Positions 1-10,059 of a DNA stretch of 64,000 nt are shown here, one piece after another. The notes under the pieces were generated by a model that worked only from the letters and a program-made list of their open reading frames with translations, did no database searches and was not told where the DNA came from. Positions within the stretch are counted from its first letter, which is position 1. The number at the start of each line of letters is the position of its first letter. The stretch is from a virus, in the IMG/VR virus record IMGVR_UViG_3300048914_000176, positions 1-64,000 of that record; one strand, 5' to 3'. The translations under genes and the position numbers were made by a program.

Positions 1-374
1 AAGAAAATAAAAGTCTTTGTGCTTTGGGCCACTTTAACTTGCATCAATTCTTGGAAATACGTGAAGTAATCACCCCATGCTTTCTGTGTGTTAGCAACTT
101 TCTTAATGATGTTTGTTTCAAACATATTCATCAAGAAGTCCAGTGTGTCAATAACTACAGTACTAATGCCTGCTTGGTTATTGGCATAATCAATGCCTTC
201 GTAAACCTGAAATGGGTCAACGATGTTGTATCGATTCTTTAATTCTGGACGAAAGGGTAGACGCTTATTCTCACAATTGAGATAGAGAATCTGATCTGGG
301 TTTTTGATGTATTGAAGTGAGGAAGACTTACCACCGGCGGATAAGCCTTCAACTAGAATAAGTTGTTCAGACAT
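1..374 (-). CDS. P-loop NTPase (AAA/Sak4-like ATPase), partial; runs off the window start
   Basis: Minus-strand ORF from ATG at 374..372, open to position 1. Translation MSEQLILVEGLSAGGKSSSLQYIKNPDQILYLNCE... contains a Walker-A-like GxxGGKS. It was not in the ORF table because it is truncated. Confidence 0.45.
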   Translation of the reverse strand, partial: MSEQLILVEGLSAGGKSSSLQYIKNPDQILYLNCENKRLPFRPELKNRYNIVDPFQVYEGIDYANNQAGISTVVIDTLDFLMNMFETNIIKKVANTQKAWGDYFTYFQELMQVKVAQSTKTFIF

Positions 375-515
375 TGTATTTCCAAAAATGAATAGCCCTA
401 TCTAACCCTAGAGTTATAAGTACAGCAATAAAAGAAAGGGTAAGTCCCATAAAATAGGGAATAGCCCAAATCAGGCGCCATAATATGATGTACCAGGGAT
501 TTAGATTTCGATGTT

Positions 516-2717
516 TCATGATGCTTCTCTGACTTTACGAGCCATCGAAGTAAAGACAGTTCGTCGAAGTTCATCCACAGTAAGTGGATTTGGCAGCTTG
601 TTGTTGAAGTCACGAACAATTGCTTCAGCTTCAACATATGGCTTGCCCTTCGACATAAGCATCGTGCCATAACGAAACAACAAGTTATTTCGTCCACCAC
701 CCTCAGCAATCTGACCTGCAAACCAACGTTCAAGAGCAGGTAGGTTCGTTAAATTCTCCATACTCTGAAGATAACTAATGTTACGTCCAGTTCGAGGAAT
801 AAATGGAAGTACATCTAATAGCTGACCTTCATTAACGTATGTCTCACCGTTAAAGCTTTCCCACTTACGAGAACGTTGCCAAGTTGCTTCATCCATTTCG
901 AATGGAGCCCATTTAGCCAAATTCACCATAAATTGAGTGAAGTCTTTACTATCAAGACGAAGTTCATGACTCATTGGCATGATGACACGGAAACGATGAT
1001 TCTCATTACTGTGCCGTTTGGTTGTGTAGATACGGTAGGTATACGGGGACAACAACTCCAGAGCTTCAGGAAGTTGTTGTCCCGTATCCACATCCAGCAC
1101 AACAACAGAGAAGCCAACTTTACAGTTGTCTTCTGTGCGATGTCCTTCACCAGTATCACCTGCAATAAGGTGATGACTGATCCAGTGCAAACCATTAGTG
1201 CTAACGAGTTTGCCCATCTGATCCCACGGTGCGTATTCATTTCGATAGTTATACGCAACATGCGTAGACCAAGAAATTGGAATACGATTGAGATCAGTTG
1301 GACGGAGTGTTTCACCGCGGAAGAATTCAATACCATCTACGATAGTTTTACGAATGATGATGTTATTGCGATAGCCCCAAGCAGAGGCCATTGCCACCAT
1401 GTCATTACGGAAAGCTACACCACCTTTATAAAATGGCAGTTCATCCATCAAATCAGCATGGGTCATTTCCTGACTGCATTGAGATAGAAACTTACCCAAA
1501 CGCATATACGGTCGTTCACGTTGGAACAATCGAGCAAAGGCACGGCCGCTTTCTTCAACGAGCGTAAAAGCTTGATGAAGATGTTCAACTTCAACACGAT
1601 TGGACATATCTAAAGCAGCGAAAACACCACTCAACTTCAATGCCTTGAAGTAACGATGGTTTAATTCGGTTTTAGCAAGTTCCTCGTGATCGCCCATTTG
1701 CGCAGCGAGGCGTTCACACCAAAGTTTGTATCGGAGTAGTTCAATACTTGTAGAGCGAGGGACCACGATAGTGCTATTGGCGTATTCGGCACCGCACAGT
1801 TCGTGCAAACGCTCTTTCCAGAGAGTGAGCGCTCCATCACCAGCCTGTGTAACCATGAGATCAAATAGCTCATCTGCTGAGATATTATCATTTGGTTTAG
1901 CAGGGTGTCCCCACGCAAAGAGTGATCGACGCGCATAGCCCGTCTCAAGGAAACTGAAGAATGAATCTTCAGTCCCGCTACCATCGAGCAGCTTGCTCGG
2001 AGTACCGAACAAAAGCAGGTTCGCCGGACTACTGCCAGATAGCATGGTTCCACGGGATTGCTCACTTGTATTTTTAATGAGCTTGTCCTTTGCTAAGCCA
2101 AGGTCATATAGCTCAAGAAATAGATTCAATATTTCAGTGCTGTTGATAAGATTTGAACCAATCTCATCGACTTGAAGATTGATGGCTCCAATACCTTGCA
2201 TCAAAATCTTCTGACGAAGCTGTTTAGTAGCAGGTACGGTGCCTGAATCAAAGGTGAAAAGATAATCACCAGATCGAGCTAATTCATCTCGTAGCTGATC
2301 TTTAATTACTCCAAGATCATCTTGACTACGTAATGCTTTCTTGGTTGAAAGTTCGTGAATAGTTTCTTCAGCAACTAATGGCACTATCTCACCACAGAAT
2401 TTTTCTGTGAATGGTGCTAACAGATTGTTTTCAAGTGTAGAAACTGAATATCCCTTACCAGCTCCAGATGGAGCTAATGCAACTACGTATGCGTTGATTG
2501 GAATCACGCCACGATCTTGCGTACGTAAACTAATACGCATCGAACTAATGCATTTGGTAAGAAAATATGCAGTCATCACTCGAAAGAACGGAGCATCCGT
2601 ATTTTGAGTTTTGTTGCAAAGGAACTGAGTGATTTCTTCGATTGCAGGATGGTGTTGATTTACGTATTCCATGAAGCTCTCTGGGAACAAATAAGTGCGG
2701 CATGACAATAATTGCAT
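516..2717 (-). CDS. DNA primase (composite: N-terminal P-loop/DUF3987-like, prim-pol/VirE-like DxD core, C-terminal PriCT-1-like)
   Basis: 733 aa. LAPSGAGKGYS P-loop-like, VVVLDVDTG acidic motif, C-terminal NNLLFRYGTMLM (PriCT-like). Sits in the replication block next to the polymerase and helicase. The true start may be the internal MEYVNQ... (~2672). Confidence 0.55.
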   Translation of the reverse strand: MQLLSCRTYLFPESFMEYVNQHHPAIEEITQFLCNKTQNTDAPFFRVMTAYFLTKCISSMRISLRTQDRGVIPINAYVVALAPSGAGKGYSVSTLENNLLAPFTEKFCGEIVPLVAEETIHELSTKKALRSQDDLGVIKDQLRDELARSGDYLFTFDSGTVPATKQLRQKILMQGIGAINLQVDEIGSNLINSTEILNLFLELYDLGLAKDKLIKNTSEQSRGTMLSGSSPANLLLFGTPSKLLDGSGTEDSFFSFLETGYARRSLFAWGHPAKPNDNISADELFDLMVTQAGDGALTLWKERLHELCGAEYANSTIVVPRSTSIELLRYKLWCERLAAQMGDHEELAKTELNHRYFKALKLSGVFAALDMSNRVEVEHLHQAFTLVEESGRAFARLFQRERPYMRLGKFLSQCSQEMTHADLMDELPFYKGGVAFRNDMVAMASAWGYRNNIIIRKTIVDGIEFFRGETLRPTDLNRIPISWSTHVAYNYRNEYAPWDQMGKLVSTNGLHWISHHLIAGDTGEGHRTEDNCKVGFSVVVLDVDTGQQLPEALELLSPYTYRIYTTKRHSNENHRFRVIMPMSHELRLDSKDFTQFMVNLAKWAPFEMDEATWQRSRKWESFNGETYVNEGQLLDVLPFIPRTGRNISYLQSMENLTNLPALERWFAGQIAEGGGRNNLLFRYGTMLMSKGKPYVEAEAIVRDFNNKLPNPLTVDELRRTVFTSMARKVREAS

Positions 2718-3598
2718 GCCTTGGGTTCACCCTTACGAATATCGATGCGACCTTTACCGCCTTCTTTACCCATATGGGCTTCAGCTTCAGCCATTGTGTC
2801 AAACACTCGTGTTGCGCGAGATGTGGCTGGAGCGAGGGGATTCTTATAGTACCGATATGTTGGATCGTCAAGCCAAAGTTCCTCATCTGTGCAATAGGGA
2901 AGTTCGGTTTCGTCCACGGACATTAGAGATTTAATACCCTCAATCCGTCCAGTAATTCGAATGAGGCATTCTTCAGGAGTGCCTACTCTAACTAGCATTA
3001 TTGGACATGGGCTTTGTGGATAGGTTGGATCTTTCTCAGCACGGAATCTACTCCAATCCTTCAAAATAAATTGAATGGTTGCAGTGTCATCAGTAATGAG
3101 ATGGCGAGCTAAATACCGATAAACGGTAAGTTGCCACATATAATCTTTAGGAAGTTTATTCTGATAAATAAAAACTGAAGTGCTTTTATAGTCAGTGAGT
3201 CTTCCGTTATAGATTAGATCAGGAGCACCAGATAATACTTTACCAGCTACAGTTTCATTGAAACGTTCCTGAATATACACCGCAGTTTTACCTGGCGTTG
3301 GTATCACAGGATTTACTTCAATTTCCATCAAAGGATTGTAACCAGCTGCACGAATGCGTTCAGCCAACATTGGGGCCTTCCATGCAGCATCAATACTATC
3401 GTTGATGGCATGACCTAAGCGAGCAGCAACTAGGTTAGCTAAATCCTCATCTGGATCAGTACGGTAGCCTAAAACGATTTGACGATCACTCATCGCTAAT
3501 TGGCTACCGCTGATATACGACGGATCTTTGTCGTAAGTATCTCTAGCCAGCCACACAGCCAATGGCAATGGAATGCCACGTTTATTGGTATAAGCCAT
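2660..3598 (-). CDS. PD-(D/E)XK nuclease, Cas4/RecB-like with C-terminal Cys cluster
   Basis: DLIYNGRLTDYK (D..D.K nuclease-core-like) and C-terminal C-x2-C-x5-C (CNYCHAALIC), typical of Cas4-family Fe-S nucleases. Confidence 0.5.
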   Translation of the reverse strand: MAYTNKRGIPLPLAVWLARDTYDKDPSYISGSQLAMSDRQIVLGYRTDPDEDLANLVAARLGHAINDSIDAAWKAPMLAERIRAAGYNPLMEIEVNPVIPTPGKTAVYIQERFNETVAGKVLSGAPDLIYNGRLTDYKSTSVFIYQNKLPKDYMWQLTVYRYLARHLITDDTATIQFILKDWSRFRAEKDPTYPQSPCPIMLVRVGTPEECLIRITGRIEGIKSLMSVDETELPYCTDEELWLDDPTYRYYKNPLAPATSRATRVFDTMAEAEAHMGKEGGKGRIDIRKGEPKACNYCHAALICSQRASWNT

Positions 3599-3903
3599 TA
3601 CGGCACCTTACGTAAATTTACTTCAACAGTGCTGATTAAATTTCGTAACAAAGCAAGAATTGTTGTTCTTGAGTAGTGATACGAACATCCAATTTGTCCA
3701 TTAGGAACAGTAAAACTAATGGCTAGTTTATTTAAAAACTCATCAGATAATTCTGAATTCACTTCAGTTTTAGAATCATTTGCTAAGGATTTTTGCATAT
3801 CTACAACATATGCAAGTGAATCAATATCACTTATTAAATCATCACGATTTGCCCATTCGGCAGCTTTACGCCAACCTAATTCATACGCTTTTTCAATTGA
3901 CAT
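3598..3903 (-). CDS. hypothetical protein
   Basis: 101 aa ORF, tightly packed between the polymerase and nuclease genes. Confidence 0.4.
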   Translation of the reverse strand: MSIEKAYELGWRKAAEWANRDDLISDIDSLAYVVDMQKSLANDSKTEVNSELSDEFLNKLAISFTVPNGQIGCSYHYSRTTILALLRNLISTVEVNLRKVP

Positions 3904-3919
3904 AGCTATTCTCTAAAAA

Positions 3920-6286
3920 TTATTTATTGATGCCATTGAGTAAATCTCCAATGACACCGTATGTGGCACCATTAGGTATAGTTATTTCAGTTGCCCAATT
4001 AGGTGAATAAACAATGAGGTTACCACCAAGCTTGATTTGATCATGCTTGAGTTCTGGGAGTTCATCCCATTCCATTTCAGGAATGAGGTTGTCATTCACC
4101 CACTTCAAAAGCTTTACACTTTTGCGTACCCAGTAATACTGAGCATCGTGAATCTGAGCAGCTGGACGAATATCATTCCATAACTCAGCTGCAATTACTC
4201 GATCCATGAAAGCATGAGCAGCTCGAGAATTCAGTAAGCCATAGCTTTGACCGAACGCATTACCTGCACTTCGTTCTTCAGCTGCAGCTTCAGATGGACG
4301 AGCTTTACCAGACACAGATGCTTTCAAAACAGGGGTTCTGAGTCTAAGTCCAAAAGCGAGTTCGGTCCATCCACGATCCTTTGCCAACGCGAGTTTGGCC
4401 GCGGTCCATTCGTCACTAACTGAGTAGAGTTCATGGAATCTGGCTTCGATTGACTTGGCTTGTTCTTCGGTGAATCCACAATTTTTGACGAGAGTGACCC
4501 AAGTACCGGCATAGGTGAGGGCGAAGGTGGGAGCTTTACTGTCTTGTCTTTGCTTTTTGTACTTTTTCCCGATTGAGTTAATTCCTTCCAAGTTATCTTC
4601 GATGTCGGGCATTTGGTCCCTGAAATAGGAAAAAGCCCTGAGCGAATGTCCGTCGTATCCATCGGTATACACCTTCATTCGGTTGGGATCACGAGTAAGT
4701 AGTGTGATGATCTTATCCTCTAATGAGGAAAAGTCAGCCCCAACAAACAGCCAGCCTTCTGGTGCTGCGACCATCTCTTTGATGTACTTCGCAAACTCAT
4801 TACCACTTGAAGGTAAGTTCTGTTGGTTGGGGCTATCGCTACTCAACCTTCCACTTTGCGTACCGCCGATATTGTAGAAACCATACAGGCAATGATGGCC
4901 TGCTACCTCAGGTGCATTCACAAAGTGAGGCACAAAACTACTGATTAGTTTCTCAACTTGGGACAATTCGACAAACGCCTTTAGAAGGTCTTTCTCTTCG
5001 GTGTGATTAACCAATGCCTTCAGTGTGTCGCCATCCGTAGCTGGTTGCTTTGTATCCGTATATGCGATGACAGGTAATCCCATCACCTCATATAACAGCC
5101 GTTGCATCTGAGGATGGCTGTTAGGATTGAAGTCTTCGTCACACTCATCGGGGGTCACACGCTTCTTTTTATATTTAGCATTCTTCCGAGCAGCCCAAGC
5201 TTCTCGGTGTAGAATCATATATTGGTGCACAATTGAATGTGCACGAATTAAATCATGAAGTTCTTGTTGACGTGTATATAAAATACCTGCGTTCTTATTG
5301 GCTACATCTTGATTGATTGGTAGACCAACTAGTTGCATCCAAACGATTTCACGAAGATAGCTATTTAATCGATGAAATACGTGATCTAGTTCACCAAGTT
5401 CAGCCATATGCTTTTGATAAAGCCATAGCGTTGCTGCACAATCTTTACCGTTATACGGAATAATTTCATCGAGTGGTGCTTTCCAAGTTTCTTCGATGCC
5501 GTAATCACCATAGACAGCTTGTGTCTGTGGCTTTAAACCAAGCTCATTGCCAGCACAAGTGTTGGTTACGACATAGCTTAGGATAAGACTGCAATGTGTC
5601 TTAGATTGTAAAGTTTGAAGTCCACGCATAATGCCGTTCTGGTCATCCAGTCGTCGCATGAACAACTTATGAATTAGTTGTGTTAAGTCGAAGGCTCCAC
5701 GGTGCATCACAATGATGCCTTGGTAAGCTTCAAAGAATTCAACTAATTGGTCTTTAACGTCATTGAATTCGAATACAACAGCTTCAAGTGGATTGAGTCC
5801 GAATCCGATGGTGCGGATATCTGACTCGTAATGTTTAAGTCCAGTAGTTTCCACATCTACGCTAAGAACTGGTAAAGCCATTAGCCGCTCAGTCCACAGG
5901 GAAAGGATATTGGCTCTATGAACTACCACGTCAGTAGTTGAGCCAGGCTCTACATATCGACCTTCTAGATGAGCTTGTAATGCGTCTAATGAGGCTTGTG
6001 CCTCAGCTTTCACTCGTTCATCAAGAGCCATAGCTCGAAAAGGTGGGATGTAGCAAACGTGGTAATTGCCGAACTTTGACGGGAAAACATATCCCGCAGT
6101 ATTAACCACCTTGGTTCGGCCGGTCAGGCGTTTGAACAGCGGAGCATCCTGGATAGCAAGGTGGCTTACGACACCATTACCAACTACCAGCTCGTTAAAC
6201 CATGCCTCATCCTTTTGCAAAGGTAGGGCAATCTTCTGTCCCAGCAAACTGGGACAGCTGCGTGGACAGATAAATGCGATTGTCAT
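3920..6286 (-). CDS. DNA polymerase, family A (Pol I-like, with 3'-5' exonuclease domain)
   Basis: 788 aa. Exo I motif VDVETTG. Motif B RQDSKAPTFALTYAG (R-x3-K-x3-F-x3-YG). Motif C region IHDAQY. Confidence 0.85.
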   Translation of the reverse strand: MTIAFICPRSCPSLLGQKIALPLQKDEAWFNELVVGNGVVSHLAIQDAPLFKRLTGRTKVVNTAGYVFPSKFGNYHVCYIPPFRAMALDERVKAEAQASLDALQAHLEGRYVEPGSTTDVVVHRANILSLWTERLMALPVLSVDVETTGLKHYESDIRTIGFGLNPLEAVVFEFNDVKDQLVEFFEAYQGIIVMHRGAFDLTQLIHKLFMRRLDDQNGIMRGLQTLQSKTHCSLILSYVVTNTCAGNELGLKPQTQAVYGDYGIEETWKAPLDEIIPYNGKDCAATLWLYQKHMAELGELDHVFHRLNSYLREIVWMQLVGLPINQDVANKNAGILYTRQQELHDLIRAHSIVHQYMILHREAWAARKNAKYKKKRVTPDECDEDFNPNSHPQMQRLLYEVMGLPVIAYTDTKQPATDGDTLKALVNHTEEKDLLKAFVELSQVEKLISSFVPHFVNAPEVAGHHCLYGFYNIGGTQSGRLSSDSPNQQNLPSSGNEFAKYIKEMVAAPEGWLFVGADFSSLEDKIITLLTRDPNRMKVYTDGYDGHSLRAFSYFRDQMPDIEDNLEGINSIGKKYKKQRQDSKAPTFALTYAGTWVTLVKNCGFTEEQAKSIEARFHELYSVSDEWTAAKLALAKDRGWTELAFGLRLRTPVLKASVSGKARPSEAAAEERSAGNAFGQSYGLLNSRAAHAFMDRVIAAELWNDIRPAAQIHDAQYYWVRKSVKLLKWVNDNLIPEMEWDELPELKHDQIKLGGNLIVYSPNWATEITIPNGATYGVIGDLLNGINK

Positions 6287-6531
6287 GAGTCGAGTCGTCG
6301 TTTAGGCAATTGACCAAGACCTGTATTTACTGAATTGATTACCTGAGTCATAGCTTCTCTACTCAAGTTAAAGATCATCAATGCAATTTCGTTCTGTTTA
6401 TCTGGAATCAACATCACTGCGTGATCGATTCCCCATTCAGTACAGAATTTTTGAAGTGCGTCCTTGAAAGCTTGGTCATTTGCGTAACTCATTAAGCCAC
6501 CAAATAAAGTTGGCGTCTGGGACGTGAACAA
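6283..6531 (-). CDS. hypothetical protein
   Basis: 82 aa ORF, start/stop coupled to neighbours. Confidence 0.35.
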   Translation of the reverse strand: MFTSQTPTLFGGLMSYANDQAFKDALQKFCTEWGIDHAVMLIPDKQNEIALMIFNLSREAMTQVINSVNTGLGQLPKRRLDS

Positions 6532-7643
6532 GCCACGTACAGCAGACGGCGCCTGTCATCAGGATTACGACACGAGAACAAGCTTCCCAGATCTACGAAC
6601 ACAGTGTCAAATGTGCTTCCTTGGCTTTTATGGATTGTAAGTGCTTCCGCATGACGAAGATCAATAAACTCTTCTTTCAAACGGAAATACAAATCCCAGT
6701 TCTTTGCACCACCTGCAGCTGCAATTTCACGTTGCAGACGTGCATTATCTCGATAAGTTACGAAGATGCCTTCATCAGTTTTAACATCGATAAGATGAGG
6801 TTGTCCTTCAATATCACTGATTTCTTCAATTTGAAGAATTGAATCTGTTGGGATAAATCCATCTCTTGCTTTGAAGGCTGAATTAACAATAACAGAATCA
6901 CCAGGTAGTAAATCGATTGGCTTATTGGCTGCTTTTCGAATAGCAGTAATAGCCTCGGCAGCTCGTGCATTCGTAAACGAAAGAACGATATTGCTACGCC
7001 AGTTATCTGTTTGAACCATATTTGTAATCAGTGTATGTGCATCAGGTCCACTGATTCGATTGATGGCAGGTGGTCTATTAGATATTGCAAGATTAACACC
7101 TGAAAATACTGCAGCTCTTAGAGCTGTAGATAGTTCAGTGATGTCTGGAGTATCTAATGAACGCATCACTTGCGTAAGATTGGCTGTTTGAATACCAAGT
7201 TTGAAGATTGAGAAATTGCTTCCTTGAACAGGAGCTAATTGAGCATCATCTCCAACATAAATAACCTTGGATTCACTGCACATCTCACGAATGATTTTAT
7301 ACAGTTGTTTATCAATCATCGAAGCTTCGTCGATGACGATTATTTGACCACAGTATGGTTTAGCTTTTGGACTTCGTGCGAGGAAGGTTTTTCCAGTCTT
7401 GAAATCGTTTCGAACAGAAAGACTAAGCAAGCTGTGAATCGTATCTGCAACACCAGTTAAAACACGAAGAACACTGGCTGCTTTATTAGTAGTAGCGCAG
7501 TATTTAGCTCTATCTCCAAGAATTGAGTAGAGCATATAGGTTTTGCCGGTTCCGGCTTGACCTGTAAGACAAAATTCGTTGCGATCACTTGCGAGAAATT
7601 CATTCAGTTGATCGGCTGCATTAAGTTGGTCTTGATTTAACAC
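6492..7643 (-). CDS. SF1 DNA helicase (Dda/RecD-like)
   Basis: Walker A GQAGTGKTY, Walker B IVIDEASMI, RecD/Dda motif TIHKSQGSTFDTV. Confidence 0.85.
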   Translation of the reverse strand: MLNQDQLNAADQLNEFLASDRNEFCLTGQAGTGKTYMLYSILGDRAKYCATTNKAASVLRVLTGVADTIHSLLSLSVRNDFKTGKTFLARSPKAKPYCGQIIVIDEASMIDKQLYKIIREMCSESKVIYVGDDAQLAPVQGSNFSIFKLGIQTANLTQVMRSLDTPDITELSTALRAAVFSGVNLAISNRPPAINRISGPDAHTLITNMVQTDNWRSNIVLSFTNARAAEAITAIRKAANKPIDLLPGDSVIVNSAFKARDGFIPTDSILQIEEISDIEGQPHLIDVKTDEGIFVTYRDNARLQREIAAAGGAKNWDLYFRLKEEFIDLRHAEALTIHKSQGSTFDTVFVDLGSLFSCRNPDDRRRLLYVACSRPRRQLYLVA

Positions 7644-7914
7644 GTCGGAACCATCCAGGGTGTTCTATCCACTCACCATTAGATAGGGTGGAATAGCCAC
7701 GAAGTTTGCGGTAGAGCATCAGTGTGAGATTGAACATCACACCACCAAATAACATTGCCATTCGACCGTCATTGGCTCCACCTAGAAGGGTTTGAAGGAT
7801 GACGTGAACAGAAATATCAGTGAGCAAACCCATGCCCACTACACGCTTTCTCCACTTGGGACCAAGCCAAGAAAACATGATGGACAGCGCAACCCAAACA
7901 GCTAAGCCGTCCAT
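7621..7914 (-). CDS. hypothetical membrane protein
   Basis: 97 aa with hydrophobic segments. Confidence 0.35.
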   Translation of the reverse strand: MDGLAVWVALSIMFSWLGPKWRKRVVGMGLLTDISVHVILQTLLGGANDGRMAMLFGGVMFNLTLMLYRKLRGYSTLSNGEWIEHPGWFRRVKSRPT

Positions 7915-8047
7915 ATTTTTTCCTCAAAATATTGTTTCAATTACAACGAATACTAAAAGTACAGAACCACCAATCCAATGACCTGTTGAATATAAGGCAA
8001 TACTTCCTACAAGAAATAATCCAGCATCACTCACAGTAATTCTCCCA

Positions 8048-8251
8048 TTATCGTATTTGTCTCATGTTATACAGAGACTCATTTTTATGTTGATCAACCC
8101 ACTGAGCAACTTCAGGATCGTCTAATAAACGATCACGAAATTCTTTAGCAGTAGTTGATAACAAGTTAGAACGTTGCAGTTCGCAATATTGAACGAGAGA
8201 TATCAATTTGGCTTGTAGGGATGTAGTCATCTGTTTCACTCCAGCAATCAT
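8048..8251 (-). CDS. hypothetical small protein
   Basis: 67 aa ORF overlapping the previous one out of frame. Only one of the two may be real. Confidence 0.2.
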   Translation of the reverse strand: MIAGVKQMTTSLQAKLISLVQYCELQRSNLLSTTAKEFRDRLLDDPEVAQWVDQHKNESLYNMRQIR

Positions 8252-8399
8252 CTTCGTCCATCATTTCTTCTAGACGTTGGATATCTCGCTGCAGTATGTA
8301 CAACTGAACCCGTTGTACAAATAGAAGTACAGCAAAACTTGCAGCCATAACTAGCACGAAGATAAAAAGCCAGGTGGGTACAGGTTTTCTAATATCCAT
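8166..8399 (-). CDS. small membrane protein
   Basis: 77 aa with N-terminal TM helix (WLFIFVLVMAASFAVLLFV) and an acidic C-terminus. Confidence 0.35.
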   Translation of the reverse strand: MDIRKPVPTWLFIFVLVMAASFAVLLFVQRVQLYILQRDIQRLEEMMDEDDCWSETDDYIPTSQIDISRSILRTATF

Positions 8400-8490
8400 A
8401 AAATATCCTTTTGCAATCCAATCCTTGCTGTTAACGCAATTTGCTCCACATGTGGTGCCGCATCTTTAACAGCAAGGAAGGATATCTTGA

Positions 8491-9036
8491 TTAGTCTTCA
8501 ATACCTTTGACATGAGTTGAGAACTCATCTTGTGATTTAGTTCTCCAGTCAGGCCATTGACGACGAGTGTTTTTGGATTGTTTATTGATGAGAGCCGTAA
8601 TTACCTGAGCTGGTGTAAACCCAGCACGGAAAGCTCCATCCATAGCTAACAAAATTACATCGCACCATTCCACAACATCATCTGGATTGGCTTCAATCTC
8701 AGTGAGTTCGCTTCGGATATGTGCGATGACGCCTCCTGTACGCTTACCTGGTCCAAAAGTAGCTGCAGACCAATCGTTCTTTTCTTGCATAAACTGTAGA
8801 AGATCGAACATAGCCAATCGTCGTCTATTGCGACGATCTTCTTCTTTGTACCAAGTTTCTAAATCTTCTTGAGAGGCAACTTGTACAGTATGACTTCTTG
8901 CTCTAACAGGACCATCAAAATGATGAGTACCAAGATACTGAGTGGTTCCATCTTCGAGAGTGGTAAATCCATCCACTTGCATCAATGCAGTAGAGCCAGC
9001 TCCACAACGTAAAACAGTTCCGATTGGAAAAGTCAT
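8491..9036 (-). CDS. MazG-like nucleotide pyrophosphohydrolase (DUF550/dATP-dGTP PPase C-domain-like)
   Basis: 181 aa. Acidic helix pair AHIRSELTEIEANPDDVVEWCDVILLAMDGAF resembles the MazG EExxE/D metal-binding motif. Confidence 0.35.
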   Translation of the reverse strand: MTFPIGTVLRCGAGSTALMQVDGFTTLEDGTTQYLGTHHFDGPVRARSHTVQVASQEDLETWYKEEDRRNRRRLAMFDLLQFMQEKNDWSAATFGPGKRTGGVIAHIRSELTEIEANPDDVVEWCDVILLAMDGAFRAGFTPAQVITALINKQSKNTRRQWPDWRTKSQDEFSTHVKGIED

Positions 9037-9659
9037 GACATGTTTTCTCTTGGTTGATGATGATCATGCGATTCAATACATCGATATGCCATTATTTGCT
9101 TAACTTCTTTAAAGCTAATAGGTGCATAGGTTGTACGTTGAAAAAAGGTTCGAATTGAATGATTGTCAACACCTACATCAAGTTGCATACCTTGAGGTGG
9201 TAAATTACCATGAGAATGGCCATGTAAATTCCATGATCCATGATGCATAGCATTCCATGAACGAAATGCAAAATGACACATCACGATCTTTTGCATGTCC
9301 ACATAGATCTCGTGGTATTTCTCAACACCACCTTCAAAGATTTGAGATGGATTGCATGCAATCATCCGATCGTGATTACCTTCAATTAGGTATTTGATGC
9401 CATTGAGCCGTTTGGCTGTAGACATTGTTGCTTTACGAGATTGGAAACTAAAATCTCCAAGAATGAAAACGTGATCTCGTTTACCAACAACACCATTCCA
9501 ATCAGATTCGAGGACACTATTCATGTCCCACTCACCTTCGAATGGTCGGTTGCTATGCGAAATTATTGCTTCATGACCAAAATGGTGATCGGCGGTGAAC
9601 CAAACACGATCAGTTTCACTGTTAAATCGTTTGCGCACCGCCGTCTCCTTTAAGACCAA
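9033..9659 (-). CDS. calcineurin-like metallophosphoesterase (Ser/Thr phosphatase family)
   Basis: Motifs TADHHFGH, ILGDFSF, GNHD, GHSHG in canonical order. Confidence 0.8.
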   Translation of the reverse strand: MVLKETAVRKRFNSETDRVWFTADHHFGHEAIISHSNRPFEGEWDMNSVLESDWNGVVGKRDHVFILGDFSFQSRKATMSTAKRLNGIKYLIEGNHDRMIACNPSQIFEGGVEKYHEIYVDMQKIVMCHFAFRSWNAMHHGSWNLHGHSHGNLPPQGMQLDVGVDNHSIRTFFQRTTYAPISFKEVKQIMAYRCIESHDHHQPRENMS

Positions 9660-10030
9660 ATGATGTGTAAACCGCTTGAATCAGTTCCTTGGAACTCTTC
9701 CACACGAAAACCACGATCCTCAAGAATCTTACGAGTGGCTTCAGGTAATTCACCATTCACAGGCATATAACTATGCCCTTGACGAGCAGCCATAACTACA
9801 CCAGTTAGCAAAGCTATTGGAGTATTGGCTTGTACCATCGTGGCATTAGTAAACTGAGCTGCAGCTTTTGCAGTGAGATTTAAAATGGCAGGAGTAAATG
9901 GTAGTGTGTGAAATAGTTCGAATTGTTGCTTCCCAAGTGTTTGAATACTCTGATGCAATGTACCGATATCATCAGCAATTGCTTGATAGTCTTCAGGTAA
10001 ACCAAGCCAAGTACGAATAAAGTTCTTCAT
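9650..10030 (-). CDS. hypothetical protein
   Basis: 126 aa ORF. Confidence 0.35.
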   Translation of the reverse strand: MKNFIRTWLGLPEDYQAIADDIGTLHQSIQTLGKQQFELFHTLPFTPAILNLTAKAAAQFTNATMVQANTPIALLTGVVMAARQGHSYMPVNGELPEATRKILEDRGFRVEEFQGTDSSGLHIIWS

Positions 10031-10059
10031 TGAGATTCCTATGTCAGAAAGTTGAGTGA

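Noticed and set aside
876-1487. 203-aa plus-strand ORF
   Set aside because: It lies entirely inside the primase gene on the opposite strand, has no motifs, and the surrounding block is uniformly minus-strand. Antisense ORF artefact.
8491-9036. Z-genome (aminoadenine) cluster PurZ-MazZ-DatZ
   Set aside because: A MazG-like gene is present, but no adenylosuccinate-synthetase-like PurZ (GDEGKGK P-loop) or HD-domain DatZ is visible anywhere in the window.
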